Assembly: GCA_964016885.1 (NCBI GenBank)
Contig: OZ024758.1
Coordinates: 10,664,001-10,728,000 of the forward strand
Origin: Eledone cirrhosa
Lineage: Eukaryota
DNA length: 64,000 nt
Direction: 5' to 3'
The notes beneath the pieces were generated by a model. It searched no databases, was not told the origin of the DNA, and saw only the letters and a list, made by a program, of their open reading frames with translations. Positions 26,058 to 39,797 of the stretch are shown here, one piece after another. The position numbers and the translations under genes are program-made. How positions within the stretch are numbered: the stretch's first letter is position 1; every line of letters starts with the position of its first letter.

Positions 26058-27088
26058 TAATATATAATATATATCCCTGTCATAAATATTTCTTTCTAGC
26101 CACGTTTATAATGCAAGGTAAACGTAGATTACAACAATCTGACTTGTCTCCAAAATCGAGCAAACATCAGGAATTCATTCGTTTTGGGGTGCAGAATTTC
26201 TAGCCATTTTAATCAGGTTTTTCTCAAATTGAATTATTGTGTATTTGACATCTTATTGATTATATCTAAATGTTTGAATGTGCGGCGCCCATTGTTGCTA
26301 TTTTCTTCTCGTTTCATCACCATTGACCTTTCTTTAACATTTCACACCCTTATCATACATGAACCGATTCCATCAATAGAAACCTAGAACATAATCTGCA
26401 ATCAGATCGTGTCAAGCTTGTTTCCTTCAACAACAAAAGGGAAAAAAAATAAAAAAAAATAAATATGAAGCCTCCGAAACTCGTTATGAATGCAATGCCT
26501 TTCCATCACTGATAATCTCTACATTTGATCTTACATCTTCAACATACCAAATAATTAACCACAGACTACTACTTCTCCTCAAAACCAGGAAATACTCCCA
26601 GTAGTTGCACAATTAATCAAACTATACAACACACAAGTAAAACCTAAAATGGAGGAATACTGCTCCCACACCCTGAAATCGTTTACTAATACTTTCAAGA
26701 TTCTAGTTTACAGGTCTGATATTTCTTAGTGTCCCATCTTTTACTTCTACAACAGTTTCCAACTTGACTTATCTTGTACCATCTACTTACAGGTCCACCC
26801 GAATTACACGTCTCCTACCCCACATAATATGGGTGTCATCTCCTTCAAACCCCTCTATATCTACATCACCGAGTGCTTCCCCTTTAGAAATTCATCTCTC
26901 TAGAAATCATCTCTCATCGCCCTGTCAACATGTAGTTATTTAAGGACATAAATCCCGGCAAACACCATTTAGAAGACCCCCTCCCCCGGACTGCATGAAC
27001 GCAACTTATTTCTCCAGACCAAATTGTACATTCCAATGGATTGTTGCAGAGACAACACCTTTCATCATTTCTCAAACATTGCACGGCA

Positions 27089-27161
27089 GATCGTTGTACG
27101 ATAATTGTAAATGACTATGTACAATGATCGTTGTACGATAATTGTAAATGACTATGTACAC
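27089..27161 (+). repeat. ~35-bp direct tandem duplication
   Basis: GATCGTTGTACGATAATTGTAAATGACTATGTACA twice. Confidence 0.9.
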
Positions 27162-27717
27162 ACATTCTCACATATTGCTTTTTTTTTTTTTTGATCCATT
27201 GATATTTTACTCGGATCAAAGTGCTACTATAATTTAGATTACTACTATTATTGTTGTCATGGTTGGCTTATTAGCTCTATAGACTATTACCACAATTGGC
27301 TCCTTCAATATATTGATTGAGAAGTCTGATAAAGAATTAGTACAAATAGAAACTAAAATATTTAGAGTAGTCAATGAAACTGACAGAACGCTGATAAAAC
27401 AAAACACAAAACAACAACAACAACAACAAAAAATAAAACTTAATAAATTAATAAATAAACGAATGGAATTCGTGACATCAAAAGAGACGCGTAATAGAAA
27501 ACTCATCGAATATTGGAGACATAAGATGACTTATAGAATAAAATAAAATAAATGTAATATAATCAGTGATTATATTTAGGTTCCATCGAGATTTTGTGAT
27601 AATTGTAGACAGCAGACGACCGAGACATTTATTTATAGGATTTCAGTATAATACAACTTTTATGCGGTGTAAATAACGCCCTACTTTACTTTGCCTTTTG
27701 GATCGTTCAATAAGTAT

Positions 27718-27910
27718 TAATTGTTTCTACTTTTGACACAAGGCCAGCAATTATCCAGTGCATTACTGGTACTTTATTTTATCGACCAACGTAAGGATGA
27801 AAGGTAAAGTGTAACCTCGGTGGGATTTGAACTCAGAATGGCAAGGGCCGTAACTCTATGTGTCAAAGCAAGGCGTCCGACCCTCTACTGTTACTGCCAA
27901 TCCACCGCCC
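27718..27910 (-). mobile_element. S1 SINE, full length, subfamily B
   Basis: TSD CAATAAGTATTAAT. Confidence 0.95.
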
Positions 27911-28325
27911 TACAATAAGTATTAATAATATATGATAGTGGATCTAAAATTTTTTATAATAATTGAATTATCGGGCAACTCTGAAGGTTTCGTCTCCCTG
28001 TAATACCAGTTTTGTGTAAACCCTGTTTTATATAAACGAATCTGAATGCAACAATTGATTTAGTTACTCTTATCCACAAATGTATGTACAAATATCTGTA
28101 CATATATCTGTAAATATATCTGTACATATATAAATCTGAACAAGATCAATTCTGACGATTATTCAGAAATATTTTCAGATTTAAAAATGTTTCTGTTTTT
28201 AGAATATCATAAGTTATATTTTCAAAGAATTTCAAAACATTCTAACTTAAAGATTCATCTCATTTGCTTATATTATCCATATAATATTCACAGAGGAGTG
28301 GGATGACTAACCTAAAGGAAAACGA

Positions 28326-28525
28326 GTGTATGTGTTTATGATTATTAGTATATAATGTGTATGTATATCTTTATGATTATCAATGTATAACATGTATGTA
28401 TATGTTTGTGATTATCAATATATAACATGTAAATATATGTTTGTGATTATTAATATATATGTATGTATATGTTTGTGATTATTAATATATATGTCTGTAT
28501 ATGTTTGTGAATAGTAGTATATATT
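28326..28525 (+). repeat. ~30-bp minisatellite (GTATATGTTTGTGATTATTAATATATAT-like), about 6 units
   Basis: Recurring TTT(A/G)TGATTAT at ~30-bp spacing. Confidence 0.85.
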
Positions 28526-29213
28526 TATATGCTAATATATTTATGTGAAATATTAAATTATGTACATTAATTTATGCAATTAAAAAGATACTAAAAAATA
28601 ATAATAATAGCAGTGTTTTGTTCTCCGTTGAACATGGCAACATAAACATGTCACAAACATCTTGATTATAACATTTTAAAAAGCTATCACACAGACAATT
28701 TATATCCAGTTATTTATAGAATGCTTTTAAAATTCATATATTCACTTTTGTTTTAATATCAATGAATTTCCTTCTTAATCGGAAAACAGACTAAGAATAG
28801 AACAAAAGAATGGCAATCGATCACTTTTTTTTACCAGCTTCCCAACCCAAATATTTCTAATTTTAGTAACAAGAGCTTGTTCTGTGTGTTCAGCGGGAAA
28901 TGGCGTTTCTTCCTATATCTTTAAATCTTGCACAAACGTAGACTAATATTTATCTAAGATCTTCTCAACAAGTGTTGCGATCATTTAGAAAGTGAAAATT
29001 GACAAGATGGTTTTATTACGGATGACAAAATAGCTCCCTTCTCTCCCACTGTCCCCTCCTCCATGGTTGATTCATGTTGTGCATGTTTGTTAAGAGATGA
29101 TCATTTCATTGGCCGGTCTTCAACCACCACATAGTCAATATCGATGGATGAACAGAAGAGTAACTACTACTTATCGATAGTAAATAGTTTAACGCAAAAA
29201 TAGCCACACAGAC

Positions 29214-29794
<581 letters not shown>

Positions 29795-30354
29795 GTGTGT
29801 GTGTATGTATATAATCTATACATATAAGGCTGCATATATATACCTGTGTTTAAACGTATTCAAGGATCTTTAAATCTTGGCAACCAATGTTTACAAACAT
29901 ATGTATACCTATACATATATAGGTATACATACGTTTGTGTATGTAGGTATGTGTGTGGTCACGTGTACGTACACATACCATACACATACCTACATACACA
30001 AACATATGTATACCTATATATGTATATATAGTCATATGTGTACATGTATCTATTTATGCATACACCAATATATATATATATAGCTTTGTTGAATTAGCTT
30101 CTAATGAATTCTGTCAACCAATGACCTACACCCCTCCCACTCCCCACCCTCTCCTACCACTTGTAGAGACCTATATATACCATAATTATTTTTTGATACC
30201 CAGATTCCTGATGATTTCTGAAGAATGAAATAGTTCTAGTCCTGTAGAATCTCATCTATATTAAAACCTATATATATGTATATATATATATATATATATA
30301 CCCACACACATTCATGTATATATGTACACGCGCATTCATATATATATATATATA

Positions 30355-30488
30355 TAATTGTTTCTACTTTAGGCACAAGGCCAGCAATTAGCCAGTGCAT
30401 TACTGGTACTTTATTTTATCGACCCCGTAAGGATGAAAGGCAAAGTCAACCTCGGCGGGATTTGAACTCAGATCGTAAAGGGACGTAA
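30355..30488 (-). mobile_element. S1 SINE, 5'-truncated
   Basis: Reverse complement of the S1 3' two thirds. Confidence 0.93.
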
Positions 30489-30850
30489 TTAATATATATA
30501 TATTAATGCGTATACACCATACACGCATATATATACACTCAAGTCTGGATTCTTTCATAAAGGTTTCAAGAAAGTTCCAAACATTTGAAACCACCATGTT
30601 TGTTTGGTCAGTTTTAGAAACGTCAGACAAATCGCTCTGATCTACAAATTCGAAATACTTTGTCGTTCAGTGAGTTAGTGGAGTGTAGATATTCAGCTCA
30701 AGATATCAATAGGAAACCTTTTGCTTATAAAATGTAATGAATGTGAAGTCATGCTCAGTGTCATTGGATTGTCAGAGCTGTTGATCTGCATCATACTAAT
30801 TCCCTTTCGTATTTACAGTCAATACCGATCAACATGCTTCGCGTTATTTA

Positions 30851-31011
30851 ATAATTGTTTCTACTTTAGGCACAAGGCCAGCAATTAACCAGTGCATTAC
30901 TGGTACTTTATTTTATCGACCCCGTAAGGATGAAAGGCAAAGTCAATCTCGCCGAGATTTGAACTCAGATCGTAAAGGGACGTAACTATGCTGGAATGCA
31001 TGGCGTCCGAC
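30851..31011 (-). mobile_element. S1 SINE, 5'-truncated, first of a tandem pair
   Basis: Bounded by CGTTATTTAATAAT. Confidence 0.93.
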
Positions 31012-31019
31012 GTTATTTA

Positions 31020-31206
31020 ATAATTGTTTCTATTTTAGGCACAAGGCCAGCAATTACCCAGTACATTACTGGTACTTTATTTTATCGACCTCGTAAGGAT
31101 GAAAGGCAAAGTTAACCTTGGCGGGATTTGAACTCAGACTGTAAAGGGACGTAACTATGCTAGAAAGCATGGCGTCAAACCCTCTACCGATACTGCCAAT
31201 TCACCG
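31020..31206 (-). mobile_element. S1 SINE, near full length, second of a tandem pair
   Basis: Bounded by CGTTATTTAATAAT. Confidence 0.93.
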
Positions 31207-31434
31207 ACGTTATTTAATAATGATCTTCATTATGCTTATACATGCATGAACACTCGGATATATATATATATATATATGGAGAGAGAGAGAGAGAGAGAGA
31301 AATATATAGATGGATAGATAGACAGAAATATAGACAACCAGATTAATAGTTATTTAGATAGAGAGATAGTCAGTTAGAGAGATACGTAGATAGATAGGGA
31401 GGCAGACAGATAGAAATATATATATATATATATA

Positions 31435-31687
31435 ATATAAGATCAAAAGATGGTTAAAAGAGTTCCAAGTATTTTATTATGCGCATTTCAAAAACAAATA
31501 TCATCATGGGATGATATCTGCGTTATCATCATAAAAAACAGGGATACATGATATGAAGCTTAAAAAACACTTGTGGATAGTGAAGTTTTAAATCAACATA
31601 TTATTTATACTCCAGTCCTAGAAACTGTAGAGTGCTTCTTATCCGAGATTTGCATTGCTTCATTGTGCTACAATAAAACTCACCTCC
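31435..31687 (-). mobile_element. P4 TA-targeted element with a degenerate hammerhead motif
   Basis: (TA)n flanks; both ends shared with 51749-51842; minus strand TGATGA-hairpin-GAAA-TGCGCA-TA-ATAAAATA at 31470-31538. Confidence 0.7.
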
Positions 31688-31706
31688 TATATATATATAT
31701 ATATAT

Positions 31707-31756
<50 letters not shown>

Positions 31757-31979
31757 TAGCATAACACTTCCACTGATAAATTGATATATCGAAAGAGATA
31801 TTGATACAATCATAAATAACGCATAAATAACGCGAGGCTTAACGTGTGTGTTTGCTTTATGTATGTTAGTGTTTGTATCAGCTATTCTTTTCTTGTAAGA
31901 CATCTGTTTGAGAGATGTATTTCTGATATTAATAGTGATAAGTGTATTTGACTAGAAGTTGTTATTGAAGGGGGGAACG

Positions 31980-32540
31980 ATTTCTATGTAGTAAAATGGA
32001 CTGTTCTGTATCTCTGGAACTTCATTTATAGCTAGCTAATTCCATATAGATCTATGACGCAATGCTGTTCATGTGTGATCAGTACATTCGATTCATAATT
32101 GATGGGTGACCATTACCGTTCTTATGAAGGGCAACAGCTCTATATATCACGCTATGAATCACAATATGAAACTATTACCAAATTCTCTTCTAAATAACTA
32201 AATGACATTCATGGTAGTTTTTCAGTGCTCAAACTTATATATGCACAGATCTTTCGTTCATATGTGAAAACTAAAACAAAGCTAAATTCTCTAGAAGATA
32301 GCAGGCCAAAACGATGGCAAAAAGAGCCCCTTAAAGTAGCTAATGCCCGAAGAACAATTCTTGATAGAAATATATAAAGGAAAATCATAAACCTGGCCGG
32401 TAAACGCAGAAAACGTGTGTATATAAGACAGTTTATGGCTATGGTGTTAATTCTATAACGGTATAAAGCTAAGGGGCGCCCTTTTGTAACCCACGTTTCA
32501 TACATTAAAAGAGGTTGTTCATGACATCTGATCCCTTTGA
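31980..32540 (+). mobile_element. Decayed RTE-type LINE, C-terminal region
   Basis: Remnants resembling WAG (TGGCCGGT) and GYKAKGRP (GGTATAAAGCTAAGGGGCGCCCT) in the expected order; frames broken. Confidence 0.4.
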
Positions 32541-32570
32541 AGAACAATTACATTTTACAGCATTCTTCCT

Positions 32571-32708
32571 GGCGATAGATTGTTAAAGTTGTCAGAAAGT
32601 TGGATTGAATGATTTGCGTTATTAGTTCTGGCTGGTTGAGTTTCTGAACTCAAATCTCGCCGGGATTAATTTTTTTACCTTTCATCTTTTCAAGGTGAAT
32701 AAATAAAT
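32571..32708 (+). mobile_element. Old S1-related SINE relic
   Basis: CTCAAATCTCGCCGGGATTAA...CCTTTCATCTTTTCAAGGTGAATAAATAAA. Confidence 0.6.
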
Positions 32709-33326
32709 GATTATTATTCTCATTCGATATCCCTTTCTCACATCTGTTCTACTCCTCCTCTCCATCTAAGAAGTTGGCTGTGGTCAGACGTGAAGAAGGA
32801 TGAGCTCCGTCTGGTTTAAATGCCTAGAACCATATAGATACATATATAACGACTGCGCCCTCACGATTGATGAAATAGTAAGGACCTACGTACAACATAT
32901 CATAGCATAGCATGGCATAGCTCTTACTTCTGAAAATATTTTTACTAGATTTCCTACTTAAACATCTAATTAATCAAGTGCCGATGATGATGATGTCGTT
33001 AGAAGGACATTGACAGTAAAATACGAAATAAATAATATTTTTTCCAAGTCTCTTTAAGAAGAGACATCAAATATAATTAGTTACTTTCTTATCTCACTTT
33101 CCCTCTCTTACATGTAAGCACGCATATTCAGACAGACTGTTGTATATACAGATATCATATTCAGACACACTGCAGTATATACATACATATACATAAAGAA
33201 GCACACACAGTGAAGCACACAGAAAGAAATTAACAGACACGCACATACACTCACACACAGACACACACATACACTCACACATATACATTCACACACAGAC
33301 ACACGCAAATATACATACACAGATAC

Positions 33327-33398
33327 ATGTAAAAAGATATTTAGAAATATGTAAAAGCAAAGACACAAAGATACATATTTCTAAATATCTTTTTACAT
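33327..33398. repeat. Perfect 27-bp inverted repeat with 18-nt spacer
   Basis: ATGTAAAAAGATATTTAGAAATATGTA / TACATATTTCTAAATATCTTTTTACAT. Confidence 0.9.
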
Positions 33399-33462
33399 AT
33401 AGCTAAACACGCTAAAACAGTGTGACAGTCAAACACACACATACGTTATCTCTTAATCTTTC

Positions 33463-33467
<5 letters not shown>

Positions 33468-33512
<45 letters not shown>

Positions 33513-33630
33513 TGTATAAATATATTTATGTATATATATATGTGTTTATATATATATATATATATATTTACATTATGTATAAATATATTTATGTATATAT
33601 ATATATATTTATATATAATGTATGTATATG

Positions 33631-33679
<49 letters not shown>

Positions 33680-33834
33680 ACACATATATATATATATATA
33701 TACACACACATATATATATATACATATACATACATTATTTATACATATATATATAATGTATGTATATGTATATATATGTATGTGTATATATATGCATATA
33801 TTTATGTATTTATATATGTGTCTATATAAATATG

Positions 33835-33871
<37 letters not shown>

Positions 33872-33886
33872 GTATATATATATATG

Positions 33887-33961
<75 letters not shown>

Positions 33962-34006
33962 GTATATATATATGTATATATATATGTATATATATGTATA
34001 TATATG

Positions 34007-34037
<31 letters not shown>

Positions 34038-34038
34038 G

Positions 34039-34071
<33 letters not shown>

Positions 34072-34480
34072 GTATATATATATATGTATATATGTATATA
34101 TATGTATATATATATATGTATATATGTATATATATGTATATATATATATGTATATATGTATATATATATATGTATATATATATATGTATATATGTATATA
34201 TATATATGTATATATATATATGTATATATATATATGTATATATATGTATATATATATATGTATATATATGTATATATATATATGTATATATATATATATG
34301 TATATATATGTATATATATATATATGTATATATATGTATATATATATATATGTATATACATATATATGTATATATATATATATATATAAATATGTATATA
34401 CATATATATGTATATATATATATATATATATAAATATGTATATACATATATATGTATATATATATATATATATAAATATG

Positions 34481-34518
<38 letters not shown>

Positions 34519-34533
34519 TTATATATATACATA

Positions 34534-34617
<84 letters not shown>
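33468..34617. repeat. ~1.15-kb (TA)n array with TG interruptions
   Basis: Direct reading; source of the spurious YI-repeat ORFs. Confidence 0.97.
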
Positions 34618-34620
<3 letters not shown>

Positions 34621-34835
34621 GCACACAATATTCTGGTTCAAACGAGTGTTTACTACAGCAATAGAATGGACTTCGAATTTACAATATAAAGATTGTATGT
34701 AAAGATAACAGATTTCCATGTAGTTATAAAGTTTACGATTTAGTAGAAGTTTATCACAGGACAACGAACTTGTATTGATGTTTATGAGGTTCGGCTTCAG
34801 TTGTCTCGATGAAGAATAATCCACACACCGACAAC

Positions 34836-34839
<4 letters not shown>

Positions 34840-34921
<82 letters not shown>
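34840..34921. repeat. (GA)n microsatellite
   Basis: Direct reading. Confidence 0.97.
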
Positions 34922-34923
<2 letters not shown>

Positions 34924-35059
34924 TCAGTTGTTGTCGGAGTGAAAAATATGATTGATTACAGGAAAAAATGTATATTTACAGAGACGTACTCTGATACACG
35001 CACACACATACATATATACATATGTATCTATATCTATATATATATATACGTATATATAT

Positions 35060-35682
35060 GGTGGCTGCCAACTCGTTTTCGAGTACGGCCACTACTTTAT
35101 ATCCATGTAGGACAACCCCGACCGATGCGCTGAACGAGTGTGACTTTTTAGTCCAGCCAGCGACTTGAAAACTCTGGTACAAACACTACACTTGTGACAA
35201 TTATTGAGACATAGTGCTTTGCCCTTGGTACCATGTGATGACAAGTGCAGAGAAATCTCCAGATATAAAGCAATGCCTGTGCCGTGAAGCTTTTATAGTG
35301 AGCAAAGGCACTGCACAAAGCCAGTCCCACTCTCTTAACCAAGATGATATTTACCAAAAAGAAGAACAAGTCAACATCATTGGATACCATCAGGGTTACA
35401 GGTGTTATATCAGAGTTTTCCTTCTCCTAGAATTCTGCCTTGACAAAGGCTAAGGGGTCATCTCTCCCAGTGATTTTGGATGGCCATTGACTTTTAAGAG
35501 CTCCTTTGCCCTTTGACAGGTTTTGTTTTTAGTCCTGCAGGATGTCCAAAGTCACGCTCCTCACCAAGAAACCTTGGTGGGGTTGCCAGTTTAGTCGCCA
35601 ACGACCCGACCATGAGACAGGTTGTACTGGGATACATGTTACCAGTAGCACCAAGTGGTGACCTGACAAGTGGTGACCTGAC
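35060..35682 (-). mobile_element. RTE-like LINE 5' region or RTE-derived non-autonomous element inside (TA)n
   Basis: Higher-GC island bounded by (TA)n; minus strand AAGGCAGAATTCTAGGAGAAGGAAAACTCTGAT resembles RTE 5'UTR motifs (from memory). Confidence 0.5.
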
Positions 35683-35704
35683 GTATATATATATAGATAT
35701 ATAT

Positions 35705-35770
<66 letters not shown>

Positions 35771-35913
35771 CTTATGCTGATGCGGTCAATAGCCCTTGGT
35801 CACGCATCTTCACATATATGTAAATAATATATAAAGTATATTTATAAGCAACATAAACAATAAAGTTGTTAACGTAATAATATAACTGAAAACATTATTT
35901 TCAATGCTTTGTT

Positions 35914-36121
35914 TTGACAGAATTAGTAGAACGACGGATAAAACGTGTTTGCTGTATTTGTTCTGGGTTTTTACGTGTTGAGTTCAAGTCCCGCCGAGGT
36001 CAACTTTGCATTTCATCCTTAGGAGGTCGATAGAGTAAAGTACCATTCAGTTCTTGGTGTTGATTTAATCAACTTTGTCCTTCCTTCAAATTTCCTGGCT
36101 TTGTACCTGAAATTAGAAATC
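35914..36121 (+). mobile_element. Older, longer S1-related SINE
   Basis: GAGTTCAAGTCCCGCCGAGGTCAACTTTGCATTTCATCCTTAGGAGGTCGATAGAGTAAAGTACCA plus the long 3' region. Confidence 0.85.
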
Positions 36122-36245
36122 AAAGGTCTTTTTTCCCTGAACGGTAGCTGTACATCTATATAGATATGAGAAATAAGGTGAGAGAATAGTACGATAGATG
36201 GACGGACGGATTAATACACAGATAAAGAAATAGTTATGCAATGAA

Positions 36246-36434
36246 ATAATTGTTTCTACTTTTGGCACAAGGCCAGCAATTACCCAGTGCATTACTGGTA
36301 CTTTATTTTATCGACCCCGTAAGGATGAAAGGCAAAGTTTACCTCGGCGGTATTTGAACTCAGAATGGCAAGGGCAGTAACTCTATGCGTCAAAGCATGG
36401 CGTCCAACTCTCTACCGATACTGCCAATTCACCG
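36246..36434 (-). mobile_element. S1 SINE, full length, subfamily B
   Basis: 18-bp TSD GTTATGCAATGAAATAAT. Confidence 0.95.
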
Positions 36435-37292
36435 ACCTTGTTATGCAATGAAATAATATGAGAATATTATATTAAGCAAAACATAATTATCATTCAAATT
36501 TCATATCTACCAAAATACCAACTGGAACTAATACTAATGCTGCACATACCATACGACGAACTTAAAGATATATATTCAGTGATTTGCTTCTGAATTCAGT
36601 CAATTAGTGTAGTCTTTAAAAAAAAACACAGCTACTTCATTGCTTTAACCAGAACGTCATATACAAGTTGAATAGTTTCAGAATTACTCAGTGATGATCA
36701 AAAGAAAACAAATAGAATAGAAAATCAAACACATAAAAAGAAACATTAAAAAAATGTGTAAATAAAGAATTTGAATTGAAGATAAAACTTTTGATACCAA
36801 TTATAATTAGAAGTAAGCACTACATTGAAGTGGTAAAAAAAACATTATTAATCCCTGCTTATGTTTAAATCATTGATTTCAGAAGAACCTACTTCAACTG
36901 GGTGCCTGCTATAGTGTATGAGGCCAAATATTCGATTTGACGAATTATTTCTAAAACTGATCGATAGAAGATGGCTTGTTACTGTAAAAATTTGTGAGAC
37001 TCCTTTATACGAGTGCACGCAAAGCACACACAAACACACTGGCATATGCATTGTTCATACACACACACATGCACACAAATATATATATATACGTAAATAC
37101 ATACATACAAACACATACACGCACACGCAGATATATATATATATGTGTGTGTATGTATGCATATGTATATATACACATACATATTAACAAGGAGTAGAAT
37201 CTTAACCTCATTGACATACCCACTCTGCATTCCACCATGCATCGAGTACTACTCTAATCTGTGGTCTTCCAAGTTTTGACGCTGCAGACACT

Positions 37293-37418
<126 letters not shown>

Positions 37419-37469
37419 CTACCTCTATTACCACACTGTCGTCTTCTAAAGAAATTATTTTTATTTACA

Positions 37470-38190
37470 GAAGCAATAGACCTTTACTATTTTCAAACAT
37501 TTCCTAAGTAACAAAGCTGAATATAATGATTTGCTTTACCATAAAACTGTAAAAAAGGATTAGTAGCGGTTCTTCTTATCTCCTGAATGTTTTAATTTCA
37601 CGTGAAGATTTTCTTTGAATGGCAAACAATTTTCCCCAGTCGCTACATGTATACGGTGAATGTTAGCGAATGTTAGCGAAATTTCGTATTTTCGTCTGAC
37701 ATAATCACACGTCTTAACGAGTTCAATCTGAGATTACAAAGCGATCCTCAGCTCATATGTGACATATACTCTGCAACTACATTTCCTTCTGTGAAAGCTA
37801 CAATTAAAAAGCAAATCCTCCATTTCCTTTTGAATTCGCTCACCATTCTCACTAGTCTGAAACTGTAGATTCAGCAGAATTTCTCAGATCTTGATGAAAA
37901 TGCGAAAGCATTAAAATTCTTTCAGAATCCATTTGACTGCATTATCTAGAACAGACGTCAAATCTTCAACTGAAACTTACTGACGTGCTGTCAAATGAAA
38001 TGTTAAAAGACAAATATACAAGAGCAATCGTAATTAAGGTTTATAAGTAAATGCCGCTGAGGCGACATATGTACTTCTTTAAAATCGTTTTCTCTGGGAT
38101 ATGTGTCAGTATTTGACACAATTTACATATCTAAGATTTCAGAGATAAAGTATATTTCAGAGATAAAGTATATTAAGTATCTTTATATCG
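37470..38190 (+). pseudogene. Decayed hAT (Charlie/SPIN, GTF2IRD2-like) transposase, C-terminal half
   Basis: Collinear motif remnants across broken frames: AEYNDLLYH (37517), SDIITRLNEFNLRLQS (37695), FQNPFDC (37920), LQLKLTDVLSNEMLKDKY (37964), SVFDTIYISK (38106), compared with DLLYHTEVRWLSRG, DI..HLNELNLKLQG, FGSTYICE. Confidence 0.8.
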
Positions 38191-39518
38191 GTGTTATTTT
38201 AAGTCTTTGTAGTCAGTTTATATTACAAGAACCGCAATTCTTTTACTTAATTAAACCATATTTCCCCTTCATAATTATTTAAAAAGAGTTTAGAAAAGAA
38301 GAATGTGGCAACTGTTGGAAGAAATAATATTCTAAGCAAAGATGAAAAACATTTCACTACTGCAGAATAACAATAGATGTTTGCTCACAGTCGAAACCGA
38401 CTGAAGATCCATAATTTGAATCTCTCATATTTCTTTTACCAGACATTGAATCAATCAGAAGATATGAGTAGCCATATTTATGCTATATAATGTGTCAGAG
38501 AAGCGGTGGCATGTTTCTTATTACGCTCTAAGTTATTAAAACCTCTGCATAGAACGATATATAGTTAAACTACGTGAATATCATATAAGTCTCACTGGTA
38601 TATACAATTTTCCAAATCATACCCATATATTTCTCCATCAATCAATCCAAGAATCAATATTCCCTTATAAAGGTGATGAATCATGCTCCAAGATTTGTTT
38701 GTGTGAATGTCTATTATTGTGTAGATTGTACAGCTTATGGGGATTGTGAGATTTGGCGAGTGTGTGCTTCTGGTGATATATTTGTATTCAAATATTGCAA
38801 AGCTTGCGATTTTAGCTGTTAATCACACCTCGAAAATTTCCTATTGAACATTTATTTCATCGTATAGAAGAATTTATGTCGTATCGAATGAGACAGTTTT
38901 TTTAAAAAGAAAATCTTTTGGGAATAGCAAGGCTTCTAATACATTTATCAATTCATACATCATTAATAATATTTGTCTCTATTTGTGATGTGAAAAGGAC
39001 AATAATATGCAGAGAAAAATGGATTCAGCTCAAAATCTCGAATGGATTCAGAAAAGAAAACAAAGCGAATAGTCAGACAATCTAATCAGACAAATGAAGA
39101 GTAAAAATAAAGAAATGATTGCAAAGAAAAACATGAAGAAAATCATAGAAGAAAAGAAAAATATTTTATTTGACGAAGAAGAAATCTCCCATAGTTTAAA
39201 GTTGGTGGAATACAAAGTTGTGATGGTGGTGTCTTTACAAATGACGTGGAAATGAAAAAAATAACGATAAAAATACCAATAATGAAGTTAAATGTGAAAA
39301 TAGCTGAAATGGTTTTATATTGTCGATAAAACTAGAAATAACTTTGTAGAGACTTAGCAATTGCCTAAATATGACGGGTATTCTTGGTAAATAAATGTAC
39401 AGTTGGTGTGGAATACTTTACAAGTTTACAATACCGACGATAAATTATGAAGAAGCCATATATATATATTTATATACAATATATTAATAAATGGAAACTA
39501 TATTTATAAAACCATATT

Positions 39519-39584
39519 TATTTTATTATACTTATTTCAAGGGCAACCAAGGCAAATTTTGGTGCGATTTCATCAGATAAAATA
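39519..39584 (-). ncRNA. Hammerhead ribozyme motif (type I minimal)
   Basis: Minus strand TATTTTAT-CTGATGA-AATCGCACCAA...TTGGTTGCCCTT-GAAA-TAAGTA-TA-ATAAAATA. Confidence 0.7.
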
Positions 39585-39730
39585 CAGATTTGTTTTATAA
39601 ATAAATATTGACATACCCGGAAAATAAGAGAACCTTAACGGTTGGAGCTATCCAGCAAGCTCCAACCGTTAAGGTTGTCTTTTTTCCAGGTATGTCAATA
39701 TTTATTTATAAAAATCATCTTATTTTATCT

Positions 39731-39797
39731 TATTTTATCTGATGAGGACGTACTGTTGAAGTTAGCTCAGTACCTCTGAAATATGTATAATAAAATA
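39731..39797 (+). ncRNA. Hammerhead ribozyme motif (type I minimal)
   Basis: TATTTTAT-CTGATGA-GGACGTACTG...CAGTACCTCT-GAAA-TATGTA-TA-ATAAAATA; perfect 8-bp stem I; predicted cut after 39789. Confidence 0.78.

Noticed and set aside
26100-26400. Possible minus-strand mariner transposase remnant (DNARPH-like and WEILPHP-like traces)
   Set aside because: Motifs too degenerate to support
33461-34628. Long ORFs of 200-390 aa (also 29167-29835 and 52906-54024)
   Set aside because: Pure YI/IY translations of (TA)n arrays that happen to lack stop codons
34828-34937. 8-bp inverted repeat CCGACAAC/GTTGTCGG flanking (GA)n
   Set aside because: Too short to distinguish from chance
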